DNA of 64,000 bases, taken from Rhizodiscina lignyota. Its lineage: Eukaryota. The translations under genes and the position numbers were made by a program. The stretch spans positions 1,984,001 to 2,048,000 of the forward strand of contig ML978121.1 in assembly GCA_010015805.1 (NCBI GenBank), read 5' to 3'. This document shows, piece by piece, positions 38,702-50,650 of this stretch (its first letter is position 1; the number at the start of each line of letters is the position of its first letter). The notes under the pieces are model-generated. The model made no database searches. It was not told where the DNA came from and was given only the letters and a program-made list of their open reading frames with translations.

Positions 38702-40097
38702 CTACTTTTTTGACAAGACTTTGCTGAGTTCTTCGGCAACTGCATCGCCAACCTCGGAGGTCTTTGCAGTACCCCCAATGTCCGGCGTCCGCACTCCTTT
38801 GTCGATGACGTTTTTGACGGCCTCGTCGACGGCAGCGGCCAGGTCTGGTAGGCAAAGTGAGTACTTCAGCAACATGCTCACGGACAAAATTGCTGCAACA
38901 GGATTGACTATCCCCTTTCCAGATATATCTGGCGCAGAGCCTGCACGTGAAACTGTTAGAATATTCTTTCCCGCAATCGAGTTCAATGTACTGACCATGT
39001 ATGGGCTCATAGATCCCATTGACCTTCTTACCACCTTCGACATCCGGCACATCTGTCAAACTGGCGCTGGGTAAAAGCCCCAAGCTGCCAGGAATGACAC
39101 TTGCCTCGTCACTGATGATATCCCCAAACAGGTTACTGCACAGCACGACACCATTCAGTGCCCTCGGGTTCTTCACCATCAGCATCGCGGCGCTATCAAT
39201 CAGGTGATGCGTCACGTCCAGCTGCGGGAATTCCTTCTTCATGACGTCCGTGACCGTCTTTCTCCACAGCCTCGACGTCGCCAACACATTCGCCTTGTCT
39301 AGACTGATCACCTTGGCTGGCGGGTTCTCCGCCAACGCAAGGTGTCCCGCCATACGCGTGATCCGCTCAATTTCCATGCGCGAATACGGCTCCGTGTCCC
39401 ACGCCTCGCCGTCCTCCTCTGTCGCCTCTTTCCGTGCCCCAAAGTATATGCCACCAGTGAGCTCCCGTAAGACGGTGAAGTTGACGCCCCTCACGACGGA
39501 CTCTTTGAGTGGCGACGCAGAAACGAGCGACTCGGAAGCGAAGAAGCAGGGCCGTAGGTTGCCGAACGTGGACATTTCTTTGCGCAGCCTGAGAATGCCT
39601 TGCTCAGGGCGGACGGTGCCTGTCCCCCATTTCTGTGGGAGTGAACTGTTAGCATCGAGGTTGTTGCAGGAGGCTGAGGTGCTATACCGGTCCGCCAATT
39701 GCGCCTAAGAAGACAGCGTCTGCGGCTTTGGCAGCATTAAGCGCCTCGTCGGTCAATGGCGATCCGGTCGCGTCAATTGATGCCTACGCGTCTTCAAGTT
39801 AATAGGACTTGCCTTTGACAGGACAGGCGCATTTACTTACACCACCGAGGAGGTGGTCTTGTAGGTCAAACTCTACATCTGGCCGACATTTTGATACTGT
39901 CTTGAATATCTTGACAGCCTCTGCAGTGACCTGTATAAGTGTCGTGTGAGCGACGAAGTACGCACAGCTCCGCTGAAAGAAATTACCTCAGGACCGCAAT
40001 GATCACCTATGCAGTCAGCCAATTAGCAGCTATCAGCGCCAAACACAAATAGGAGCATAACCGTACCAGCAAAGAGAACGATCTTATACGTAGGCAT
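38702..40097 (-). CDS. LEU2: 3-isopropylmalate dehydrogenase
   Basis: [18 protein letters not shown] via short exons; [56 protein letters not shown]. Confidence 0.96.
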
Positions 40098-40204
40098 ACT
40101 TTTGAGTTGCTATAAAATCTGGACCTTGCGAAGAATTCCCCCGCAAAAGGTGGTTGAATATTCGCGCTCATGGATGCGATATCGGCTTGATTCACAGCTC
40201 CCGT

Positions 40205-40214
40205 CCGAAAGCGG
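40205..40214. promoter_or_regulatory. Leu3/LeuB-type binding site CCG-N4-CGG
   Basis: CCGAAAGCGG about 110 bp upstream of the LEU2 ATG; near-match CCGCAAAAGG at 40141. Confidence 0.65.
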
Positions 40215-40331
40215 GGCTACTGGCGCATGCTTCAAGTCACAAGGTGAACAAGTTTGAGGGACCACGCGAATGATACTTATGTACAAGTCTCTGTAGACCA
40301 GCTCCCTTCCAAAACAAATGAAAAAATGTAT

Positions 40332-41958
40332 CTACTGCCCTGGCGCAACGAGCTGTCCCTTCTTCACCGCATCGTGATCCCAACCTCCCGCGAGCGCTGG
40401 ACCACCATGTTGCGCAGCATAGTCCCGACATCTCTCTTCCAACTCAGGTCTGAAATGTCTGATCAAGCCCTGTAATGGCCACGCAAAGGCCTCACCCAAA
40501 GCGCAGATTGAGTGACCTTCCACTTGCTTGGTTATCTCTTGCAGCATATCAATCTCCCTCTCTCTTGCTTGGCCCTTCAGGAAACGCTGCATGATTTGAT
40601 CCGTCCACTTGCTGCCCTCACGGCACGGCGTGCACTGACCGCACGACTCGTGATGATAGAATTTGGCAAGACGTGCGATGCAGCGAACAACATCTGTAGA
40701 TTTGTCCATGACGATGACTGCCGCAGTGCCAAGACCGGACTGGGAATCCTTGAGGGCATCGAAGTCCATGAGCTGATCGCCACAAAGACGAGCGGGGAGA
40801 ATTGGCGTTGAACTGCCACCAGGAATGACAGCTTTGAGATTGTCCCAGCCTCCACGTACTCCACCACAGTGCTTGTCAATGAGCTCCTTCAGCGGAATGC
40901 TCATCTCCTCCTCAACAGTGCAAGGGTTGTTGACGTGCCCGGAGATACAGAATAGCTTAGTGCCCTGGTTTCGCTCACGGCCAAACGAGCTGAACCAGTT
41001 TGCTCCACGGCGGCAAATGGTTGGTGCCACTGAAATGGTCTCGACGTTCGCAACCGTGCTTGGACATCCGAAGAGACCAACTGCAGCAGGGAATGGTGGC
41101 TTCAGCCTAGGCTTGCCAGGCTTGCCCTCAAGGGATTCGATGAGGGATGTTTCCTCGCCACACACGTACGCACCCATGCCGCGATGGATGAACACATCGA
41201 AGTCGTATCCAGAGCCACACGCGTTCTTTCCAAGGAAGCCCGCTTGATATGCTTCCTGAATTGCACGCTGGAGCACAGTAGCTTCATGATAGAACTCTCC
41301 ACGGATGTAAATGTAGGCAGCGGTGCAGTTCATGGCTCGGCCAGCCACAAGGCATCCCTCGACAAGCTTGTGGGGGTCTTTGCGCATGATTTCGCGGTCC
41401 TTGCAAGTACCCGGCTCGCCTTCGTCAGCGTTAACGACGAGATAGCGGGGCTTCGTATCCTTGTCCCAGTCCTTGAAGTTCATGAAAGACTGCAGATGTT
41501 AGCTCCCAGTGCTTGTAAGATTGTGGCATGCAGCTCACCCATTTCAACCCAGAAGGAAAGCCAGCGCCTCCTCGGCCACGAAGGCCAGACGCCTTGATCT
41601 CGGAGATAATCTGTACAGCATAAGTAAGTCCACGATTGCAAAATCCGACTATACATGTAGTGCATACCCAGTCATGGCCCTTGAGAATGATCTCCTTGGT
41701 CTTGTGCCAGTCGCCATACTTCATGGCGCTCTTCAAGTCTGCACCATGATGTCCGTAGAGATTCTGGAATATCCTATCCTGATCCTTCAACCCTCCGTAT
41801 GTTCGCTTCGGTGTTCCTTCCTGTACCTCTGCGAATGTTCGCTTCTGCTGGAGAGTAGGGACGGTGGCGGAGAATCGTGCAGCGGCTCTCGCAGCCGGAA
41901 GGGCTCGATGCGACACAGCGCTCAACGCCTGAGGTGTAGGCGCATGTCGCACGATCAT
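40332..41958 (-). CDS. nuo51: NADH:ubiquinone oxidoreductase 51-kDa flavoprotein subunit (NDUFV1 orthologue)
   Basis: [53 protein letters not shown]. Two introns. Confidence 0.97.
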
Positions 41959-42761
41959 TGTAGGCAGCGTCGGGCAATTGAGCCCAAGTTGAAGTGGTGG
42001 GAGCAGTGGTTGTTCTGGTGATGCTCTTCGAAGTTCGAACTGTCGGAAGGGAGCTCGGATTGTGGTCATCGTTAAAATCACTGCGTTTTGATTGGCCGGC
42101 GGCTCTGCGCTATGACCCGCTCAAGATCAGACGTCGAGACATTCATTAGACATGTTTATATCTACAATACTCTCGTCAAGAACTACTAAGATGGTACGAT
42201 ATTATATAGTTCAATTAGCGAGACTCCTTGAAAAAGATCAGAAGTATCTGTATGCTTGGTTCTATACCTTTTTGGAAGAATTATCAGGTGAACATACAGA
42301 GTATTGGGAGGGCAATTGTCTACCAATTCTACCATTCTGCACGATACCCTAAATATTTTGGTTTAATTTTACGAGACTCAATCCAGATCTACTATTTCTC
42401 TGAATGAGATTATGGCTCATTGCACAGGTTCCAATATTCTTTTCAAATGTCCATCTCTGCATCTTTGGGTCTGATGTGTCTCCTTTCGTCCTGCCCAGGG
42501 CTCCTGGATTGTCCAATGCGACTATTCTTTGCCATATTCTATTACGAGCATTAAATAGTGTAGGCCTGGCGAAAGTTATACTTGGCTTCAAACGAATCGA
42601 CGATTGTAGCTGTCGAATCCTCTTACCGATTCAGATATTTCCCATCCCTCTCAGTTCACGGGCACTGTAGCTGTCAGGAGGTGAACTGTTAAACCAGCGG
42701 GTGTTATTTTCAAATCATGCATATTTATGCAAAATTCAAATTACCACTGTCGGATCGAAAA

Positions 42762-42890
42762 GGTAGTATGCCGCAGCGGTTAGCCGCACCCGCCTCATAC
42801 TTCCTCCTGAACACCTCCAACCAACCGGCTGGGGCTGTTAGGTTTAGGAATAGGTTCGACTCCCGCGGGGATAGGACCTATTTCTTTTTG
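42762..42890 (+). other. tRNA-like / Pol III-type element (degenerate tRNA, SINE head or unclassified ncRNA)
   Basis: A-box-like TGCCGCAGCGG 42769-42779, CT-CAT-A at 42794-42799, B box GGTTCGACTCC 42853-42863, T-runs from 42885. Cloverleaf is imperfect. Confidence 0.5.
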
Positions 42891-43261
42891 CCTTTTTTAT
42901 TTAATTTTTTAATATTCAATTTTTGAAATTCTTTTTCAGTTATTCCTGTATTTCACGTCGAACTTTGGCACTATCAAAACGCGCATGCTACGGTTGAACG
43001 TTTACTCGACACTCAGATAAACACGACGATTAGCCTCCTGTGAAACTGCTCGTGAACCGACATCGCCGCTACTTCATCCACCTAAGCCCCACCTTAATTA
43101 CACGTTCAACACCGCCGGGGCCTCTTTAAATCCAACACGAGCTTCTGCACTCTCTTACTTCACCATCTTTCGCCCATACTCCAGCGCACTTCAAAACAAA
43201 TCTCAACAACAAGCCTATTCTCAAAGCTTTCCTCCTCCACTGCTTGGAACAGTTTACAAAG

Positions 43262-44663
43262 ATGGCAACCGGCAGTGCTTCCAAGCGCCGTCAGATGTTT
43301 GATGGCGAGCGCATGCGCGAACTCTGGCTACCTGGCGACGGTCCTGGTGACAGTGACTTGGACTTGGTCGCAAACTCGCTGAGTCGCCCTGGTGGTCATC
43401 CAACCTGGCGCATCTACGCGAGTGACATTCCTGGTGGAATCAAAATGGGAGGTCAAATGCCGCCCGCTCGTGTTCTTCTCGACGACAAGGCATGCTACGA
43501 TATCATCGCCTCACGCTCCTTCTCGGGTCACTACAAAGGCAAAGCCTGGCCGTTCGACTTCACTCAGCATGGTGGCATTCGCGCTCAGCGCCCAAACCGT
43601 GGCCGTCAGGCATTCCTTTCTGATGGTGTTACTACTGCGACTTGCATCAAGAGCAGCAGCGGTGGTGCCTACTATTTCTGGGGCGAGAACGGAGACCCGA
43701 GCGTCAAAAAGAAGAGGAATCCCAATAATACGTCTCTGGACCCTGACGGTGAGGATGATGATGTGCCAGAAAGCCCTCGCAGCCCCAATCCAATGGACAT
43801 TCTCCGTCAGGATGACGCCAACTATCGCGCAGCCATGTCAGCCCTTGCAGGTGGAGGTGGCGAGTCTATGGCTGTTGGCGATTTCGCTGAGGATGGTAAG
43901 TTTTCTTACTTCTCTAATGCTAACTAGTAGCCGTTATTAACCTTCTGAAGGCCGTAGCTCACAGTCCGCAGTTCCAGAAACTCCAGAGAGCAACAACCTG
44001 AAGCGCCGCCGTCTCGACAACCTTACATCTCGCCCACTCTCTGCAGTCGACAAAGAGGAGCTTGAAGGTATCCGTGCAGAGTGGGTCAAGGCCAAGGTGG
44101 AGTGCCAGTCTCTCCGCCAGCGTGCCGAGCAGCTGTCCGCCGAGCTCGCGACCGCTATGTATGCGCGTGATCAGCTCGAGCAGGAGCGTGACGAGGCAAT
44201 TGCGAAGGAGAATGGCACCAATTCCCGCTTGCAGAACAAGTATCGCGAATCCGAGGAGATGCGCCTGGAGATCAACAAGCGCACCCAGGACGCCAAGGTC
44301 GTCTCCGCCATGCTGGAGAAGACATCCAAGGAGCTTCGCGAGCTGAAGAGGGCGAACGAAGAGCAGGGTCTCATCTACAATACCGCTCAAGATGTCGAAC
44401 ATCTCAAGAACGAGCGCGCTGGCCTCCTCGACCTTGCCAAGGCCATGCTTCGCGGCCATAATGATATCAAGAACATCATTCGCGCCGCGCAGCTTGCTAA
44501 TCTCGACTACGACGCCGATGCGAATACCATGAGCCATCATATCGCTAAGATGGGCGATGCACGCCAGTCCACGGACGAGGAGATTAAGACCTTGAAGGCG
44601 GGCTTCATGAACTTGGGCCTCGCTGACTTGTGGGAAGAGCTCGCAAAGGAGCTTGGACGCTGA
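43262..44663 (+). CDS. Hypothetical protein: N-terminal globular domain, basic NLS-like patches, C-terminal coiled coil
   Basis: Two ORFs joined in frame by intron 43896-43950 (about 448 aa); strong C/G-ending codon bias; KKKR and KRRR patches. Confidence 0.8.
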
Positions 44664-44985
44664 ATCAGTCTGGGCGAAGTTGTTCAAGAGAGCTGATGAG
44701 GTTGAACAAGATGTCTCTTTGCATGGAGCAATGGTTTGTTGGAAGCGCTCAGCGCATGTCGAATGGGCAGCTCCAGCTGCTTGAACCCTGGAACGGTGTT
44801 ATCGACTTCAGGATTTTTGGTACGATTGACTACAGAGCTTACAACTTCAACTGACACGACACTATGATGAACATGAGAGTCGGGAGAGAATTTGTTTTGG
44901 CGTTCAAAAGTTTCAATCGGGCAATAGGATGGAGTATCAAAAGAATGGAATAAGAAAAAGATCAGAAACAGGACTTCTATTTTCC

Positions 44986-45958
44986 TTATTTCCCTCTGTA
45001 CATCTTAAATGCATCACTTACCGTCCCACCACTCTCCACATGCTGCAGAACCTTCCCATCCCCCTCCACCAACCGCGGTAGCATCTCCAGCACTTTATCC
45101 ACCAGCTTCGCCGGTACACACACAGCACCTCTCTCCTCAGGATCCAGCATGACAATATCCCCAGGACACACTTCTGTCTGCCCGACCCTCACCATCACAT
45201 TTACAGCCCAGGGTCTCGCCTCACCTCTAACATCTACAACGCTCGTGCCCCTACTCCAAATCGGCATCCCGTCCCTCCTCCGCCTATGCTCAGAAGCTTG
45301 AAGAGACCCGGAAACAGGCTGTCCTTGCCTCCATGGATCTGGCACACTCTCCCCTTCCGCAGCCTCCCCCCTTACAATCTCCCTTAGCTTGCCCAAGTCT
45401 CTCACCTTGCCTGAAACCACAACGGCCTTGACGCCCTTGACTTTCATCCGCGTTGCCATTACGCCTCCGAGAGCTGCGCAAGACTGTCCGTCTGGTTGGG
45501 ATAAGACCGCAATGCTGCCAGGGAGCGTCATGTCGGCCCAATGCATGCCTTTGGGTATGTTTGGATTGGGGAGCGAGAACGTAGAGGCGAAGATCGATCC
45601 TGCGGAGAAGGAGGACTTTGGGCTGGGGAAGGAGGATGTAGACGTTTGGGTGAAGAGGATGGTGCTGGCGGGGGCGATTGTCTTCATCAGCGGTGATGCT
45701 GAAGATTGCGGGTTTGGAATGGGCGCTGTGGGAGATTAGAGTTTGATGAGGATCACAATGGGGATGTACGCACTGATGTCAGGAAGGTAGCCTGCGCCTG
45801 GTACTTCGAGCCTGAGGAGGACGTCCGCGATCTGCACAGCTCATGGCCGGCTCAGCGCATTGTCGAATTCGACAGAATGTCGAAAGTTTGATATTGAAAG
45901 CTCAACGTACGTCGCACGCGGAATATGCAGCCAAAGCTGCAAATTTAGAAGACGACAT
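44986..45958 (-). CDS. RraA-like / HMG (4-hydroxy-4-methyl-2-oxoglutarate) aldolase family protein
   Basis: YSACD/IADVLL start via two introns; AALGGVMA, VVSGKVRDL, V.PGDIVMLD..ERGAVCVP. Confidence 0.82.
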
Positions 45959-46329
45959 TTTGAGGAATAGAAGAAATTCTCGCTATTTCCGTGCGGGAAC
46001 AAGGTATGTGCCAATAAGTTGTTGTGGGATAGAGGCACTTGGCTGAGAAGGGAGTTGTGGTGCATGACCACGAATCGGATGTCACATGCAATCTATGGGC
46101 GTCTAATAAGGGTCATGTTGGCCATTTCTGAGGACGCACGACTTTGGACTATTTTTCATTATATCGGCTTAAATGCTAAGCTACTTTAGATGCCGGTAAA
46201 TGCTTTGTATGTTTCGATAGATATCCGCCCCCAGCGTATCCAAAGTAAATGGTATCGTTTCCATCACATTCCGACCGTAAACATCATTGACGTATCATTT
46301 GAACCCGTGAACTTGTAAACCGGGCAATA

Positions 46330-47989
46330 TTAGATAGCTGGAGCCACCCAAGCATCTCGTCGTATTTTGAGCACACTCGACTGTTTGTGTGGGAAGCTAA
46401 TTTCCCTCTCTTTGTAGAATCCAACTTCTTGACAATACCGTAGCAATCTGCATTGACTTCGTTAGCATCTCGGTTTGAGAACTCTTCAAGACGGAGCAAA
46501 CCTACTTCTCATTATCCACTCTTGGTTCCATCATAACAACTTCGGTCCGGTTGTCTGCGAGCCAGCAGTAGTGTATCAGCGCGCTTAGCCAGACCTTCAC
46601 GCGATGTGCGCCTCGGTACTCCTGTTCTCCGACGAGACAGTGGATTCCTCTGTCGTAATTTCCAACCCCATCAAGATGCCTGCCAAGGATGTCCTCCTTC
46701 ACCCAGTATATCTCAAAGTATCCAAACGGCTTCCCGTCCCAACAACCAATGACCGGAAAGCTATGCTTCATTCTCAACGCAGCCTTTAGGAATTCCTCCT
46801 GTGTCGACTGTGGTCCGGCAACTCCCCATGAATAATTGACTCGAGGATCATTCATCCATTTGTTGAGAATCTCCAAGTCTGTCGAACCGAAACTCACATT
46901 ATTCATAGTAGGGAGTATGGAGTCTGATACGGTGGCCTGGACGTTTCTGATCAGAGCTGGTGTCGAAGTTGGGCCTCTATGAGTGCACGGGACGTTGGAT
47001 TGCGAGGGGACGCGGAACGAGAGGTATTGGCCGACGCTTGGTATATATCGGGTGTAGAACGTCTCTTGTTGCTGAGGCGGCTTCGGTCGTACAGGGTGAC
47101 GAACTCCTTTTGTGAAGATGAATTGAGGAGGTGGAGGAGGGTAGTACGTTGGCAAGTTACTCATACTAGATCGGAAAGGTTGCGTCGGCGGGCCGCGATC
47201 CGGCATTCGTAAGTTTTGAGACATAGAATCTGGTGTCGCAACATCGGATGCTCTATCACCTTGACCGCTGGGAGAATTGGGCCGAGAAGAGATGGGTGTA
47301 CCTCCAGGATGAGGAGAGTTACCAGTCGGAGACAGGGAGAAGAGGAAGATCCTCGCGTCTATTTGCCAAAAGGACTTTTGGCTAACAAACATCTCCAGCC
47401 AGCCTTCACCAGCTCTCTCGTCCAGATCTGCTCCTACAAATGACTCCTCGCTCGATATGAGACCCATGCGCTCCAGCTTCTGCAGAAGCAGTCGACCCTT
47501 GAATATGCCCTCTTTATTAATATTGATTCTCCAATCACCCTTTGGCCTTCCAGCATGTGCAGTCTTTGCAGAGGCCGGAGTCGTCATTTGGAGCTCGGGC
47601 TCAGGCTGATGAAAATACCAATACAGACTGGCCCACAGCATCATGGCGATTTGGCGGGTAGGCGAGGTGGCTGGCTTGAATTCATGGTTGCTCGGGTTCG
47701 AGATGGAGGAGATGAACATGTGGTCATTGTTCAGCGTCGGTCTCTTATATCGGTGGATGACTCGGTGCCTTGTGATACCGTGGATGGTTCCTGAACTCGC
47801 ATGGTACGCTCCATCCCGGTCTTCGTCTAGCTCTTCGTCGTCCTCAGAATTGATGACAATGGTCCAGCCTGGAGGAAAAGCTGAATTGTGGAGGGTACTC
47901 AGATCATTGGCTTTGAAATATAGCCCACCAAAGACTGGGGTGACAGTCAAGTTGTGGCCATTGGGCAGGTGAACAATTGAGGGAGCCAT
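46330..47989 (-). CDS. sidL: SidL-like N5-hydroxyornithine acetyltransferase (IucB/AlcB-type GNAT)
   Basis: VHLPNG...VTPVFGG N-terminus; WMNDPRV, PFGYFEIYWVKED, DRGIHCLVGE, EPRVDN. Last exon after an intron gives FPHKQS...WVAPAI*. Confidence 0.85.
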
Positions 47990-48437
47990 TGGCACAAGCT
48001 AAGAATAAGTGGGGGAGAACTGATAAAGAAATGCAATGCTTTAAGAAAGCGTGAAAAGGTCAATCAGGGTGACGGTCTCGTGAGATCAAGCCATTGAGTG
48101 CGGTAAGGCATCTCAACATGGCCGCCAGCCGCTGTCTGTCGTCTGCGCGGGTGTTGAGACGGCTTGTGTGCTGTTGTCGGTTATGGAAGAACCTGGGCCA
48201 AGCTTGTCACGCTGGTGTGGGATGCTCTGCTGCGCTGAGCTGCTCGTGGCTCACGCAAATGCAGGTGGGGCTGGGACATCGGGAAGTGCCGCTGACTGAG
48301 GTGATTTCGAAGGAGTCAGTTCCGGCCTGCATGACGTCGCGGTTTGCGAGCATTTCGTAGCTCGAGAATCCCCTCCCCCTTATCTTTCTTTCCCTAGAGC
48401 TCACAGCAGCATCAATTCAACACTGCGGACTTTCACA

Positions 48438-49290
48438 ATGTCGACCACCCTCCTTCGCACGTCGACTGCTCGATCAGCACTCCGGGCTGCATCTTCCCAG
48501 AACTCCAAGCGTGTGGGTCTTGCTGGAGTTGCGTTCGCTCGCGGCAAGGCCACGCTGCCTGACCTTCCATGTAAGAAATCAATTACCTGGCCATTTAGAA
48601 TCTCATCTAGACCTCCCGAAATAAGTACTGACCAATTACCCACTGTAGACGACTATGGCGCTCTCGAACCGGCGATTTCCGGAAAGATCATGGAGCTGCA
48701 CCACGACAAGCACCACAGGACCTACGTAAACTCATACAACCAGGCCGAGGAGAAGCTGGCAGAGGCAGAGCAGAAGGAGGACATTCCTTCTAAGATTGCA
48801 CTCCTGCCGCTCATCAACTTCCACGGAGGTATGCTACCTCTCCTGAGCTTCACTGCTATGCTGGAATCGCTCCCACTGTCAACAATACAAGTGCTGATTA
48901 TTTCCAGGTGGCCACACGAACCACACGCTGTTCTGGGAGAACCTCGCTCCCAAGGGCTCTGGCGGCGGTGAGCCCCCGACAGGTGGCCTATCAAAGGCCA
49001 TTGATACTTCATACGGAAGCTTGGATGCCTTCAAAGAGAAGTTCAACACTGCGCTTGCGGGTATCCAGGGAAGCGGCTGGGCTTGGCTTGTGCAAGACAC
49101 TCAGACTGGCAGCATCTCCATCAAGACCTATGCGAACCAAGATGCAGTCGTCGGCCAGTTCCGCCCCATTCTAGGAATTGATGCCTGGGAACATGCGTAC
49201 TACCTGCAGTACCAGAACCGCAAGGCCGAGTACTTTAAGGCCGTCTGGGACGTTGTCAACTGGAAGGCCGCTGAGAAGCGCTTCAAGTAG
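48438..49290 (+). CDS. SOD2: Mitochondrial Mn superoxide dismutase
   Basis: Presequence; [46 protein letters not shown]. Two introns. Confidence 0.96.
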
Positions 49291-49650
49291 ATTGGCCGAG
49301 CCATGCTAGACGAGGCTCTGTGGCAGCTAGGCTCGGAAGGAGATGCAAGCTCCTTGGGGATGTTTTGACGGCATAATAAGGATACCAACCTTGAAGCAGA
49401 ATGTAGCATAATACTTCAAAAGTCCAATTGGCTTGCCTTGAGAGGGAACATAGGCTTCGCTATCCTGCAGGGGTGCTTAAATAACCATTCCATCCACATT
49501 CGGGTGTAGCGTGCCAAGCCTGGCCTGTGTGTCGCGAGCTCGTCCGAACTGTGACTTTGCAAACCTCAACTCCTACAAAGCTCCGAAGAGCACGCTCAAT
49601 TGATCGCCTCCCACCGCCCAATTGGCCCGAATCACTCATTGAGTAGCACA

Positions 49651-50358
49651 ATGGGCCTCTCCGACTTCTTCTCCGACATCTATGCTGCCTTCACCGTCAC
49701 CGAGGCCCACGCCGAGTCGCCCTCTGATGGCTCCGTCGGCGGCGCGCAGCAGCGCGGTGATGCGGGAGTGAGCGGCGGAGCGAGCACGAAGACACCTGCG
49801 AGTGGGACTGACGAGGAAAGCGGAGAGGAGGCAGAGGCAAACAAGGCAGATGCGGAGAAGGCAAAGGAGAGAACGAGTGGTGGAGACGATGAGAGTGGTG
49901 GAGACGATCAGGATGGAGGAGACGAGGGTGGTGAGGAGCCAGACGAGGAGGAAGAGGAAGAAGAGGAGCCGGAGGACCCGAAGGAGGCATTGGAAGAAGG
50001 TGAGATGGCCTTGAGCTTCCTATTCCCTGCTGTTGAACAGCTTCGGACTCTCTAATAAACAATTTGTTATGGCCTCGGGATACAGTTGACTGACCCTCTA
50101 CCCGCAGAGTGCATGAACTCGAAGCAGTGCGCACAATATAAGCACCACTATGACGAATGTGCCGAGCGTGTCCAGAAGCAGCAGGAGGAAAATGGCAAGG
50201 CGGAGGAGGATTGCGTCGAAGAATGTGCGTGCTACATGGACCCTCGAATAAACTTCTGCAAATACGTTCAATATCAAGCTGACAAGGCCACAGTCTTCCA
50301 CCTCATGCATTGTGCATCCGCCTGCGCCGCACCAAAGCTGTGGAAGCAGCTCAAGTAA
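49651..50358 (+). CDS. QCR6: Cytochrome bc1 hinge subunit Qcr6
   Basis: Acidic N-terminus; EDPKEALEE/EC, KHHYDECAERV, EDCVEE/FFHLMHCASACAAPKLW. Two introns. Confidence 0.93.
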
Positions 50359-50650
50359 ATACCGCGCCCTCCACAACCCCCGGCAATACTCTGCATTTCC
50401 CAGAGCAGAAATTTCCTTCTTCACCTTTGTACAAAGTCCGCTCCTCCTAGAAACGTGTAAGCTGTATACTGCTTTTCCAACGGGTCATAGCGAGCAGCCA
50501 TATGTACTGTACCATCAAGAATAGAGCGAAGTCCCGGAAACGATGAATCTTATTATCCATCTACTTTCACAGGCCGATATGAAAGTGAATATACAAGAAT
50601 CATGGCATTTGAACAACTACAGGAGAAAGTATTAACATGACTGTCAAATG

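Noticed and set aside
42762..42880. Selenocysteine tRNA (TCA triplet, long arm) or functional tRNA-Met
   Set aside because: Anticodon loop context and stems do not fit tRNA-Sec, and Dikarya are not known to use Sec. D and T stems are too broken for a confident functional tRNA call.
43959..44687. 242-aa antisense ORF, and similar shadow ORFs over RSE1, CYP505, nuo51 and 58940-59566
   Set aside because: Explained by codon bias of the real gene on the opposite strand; no recognisable motifs.
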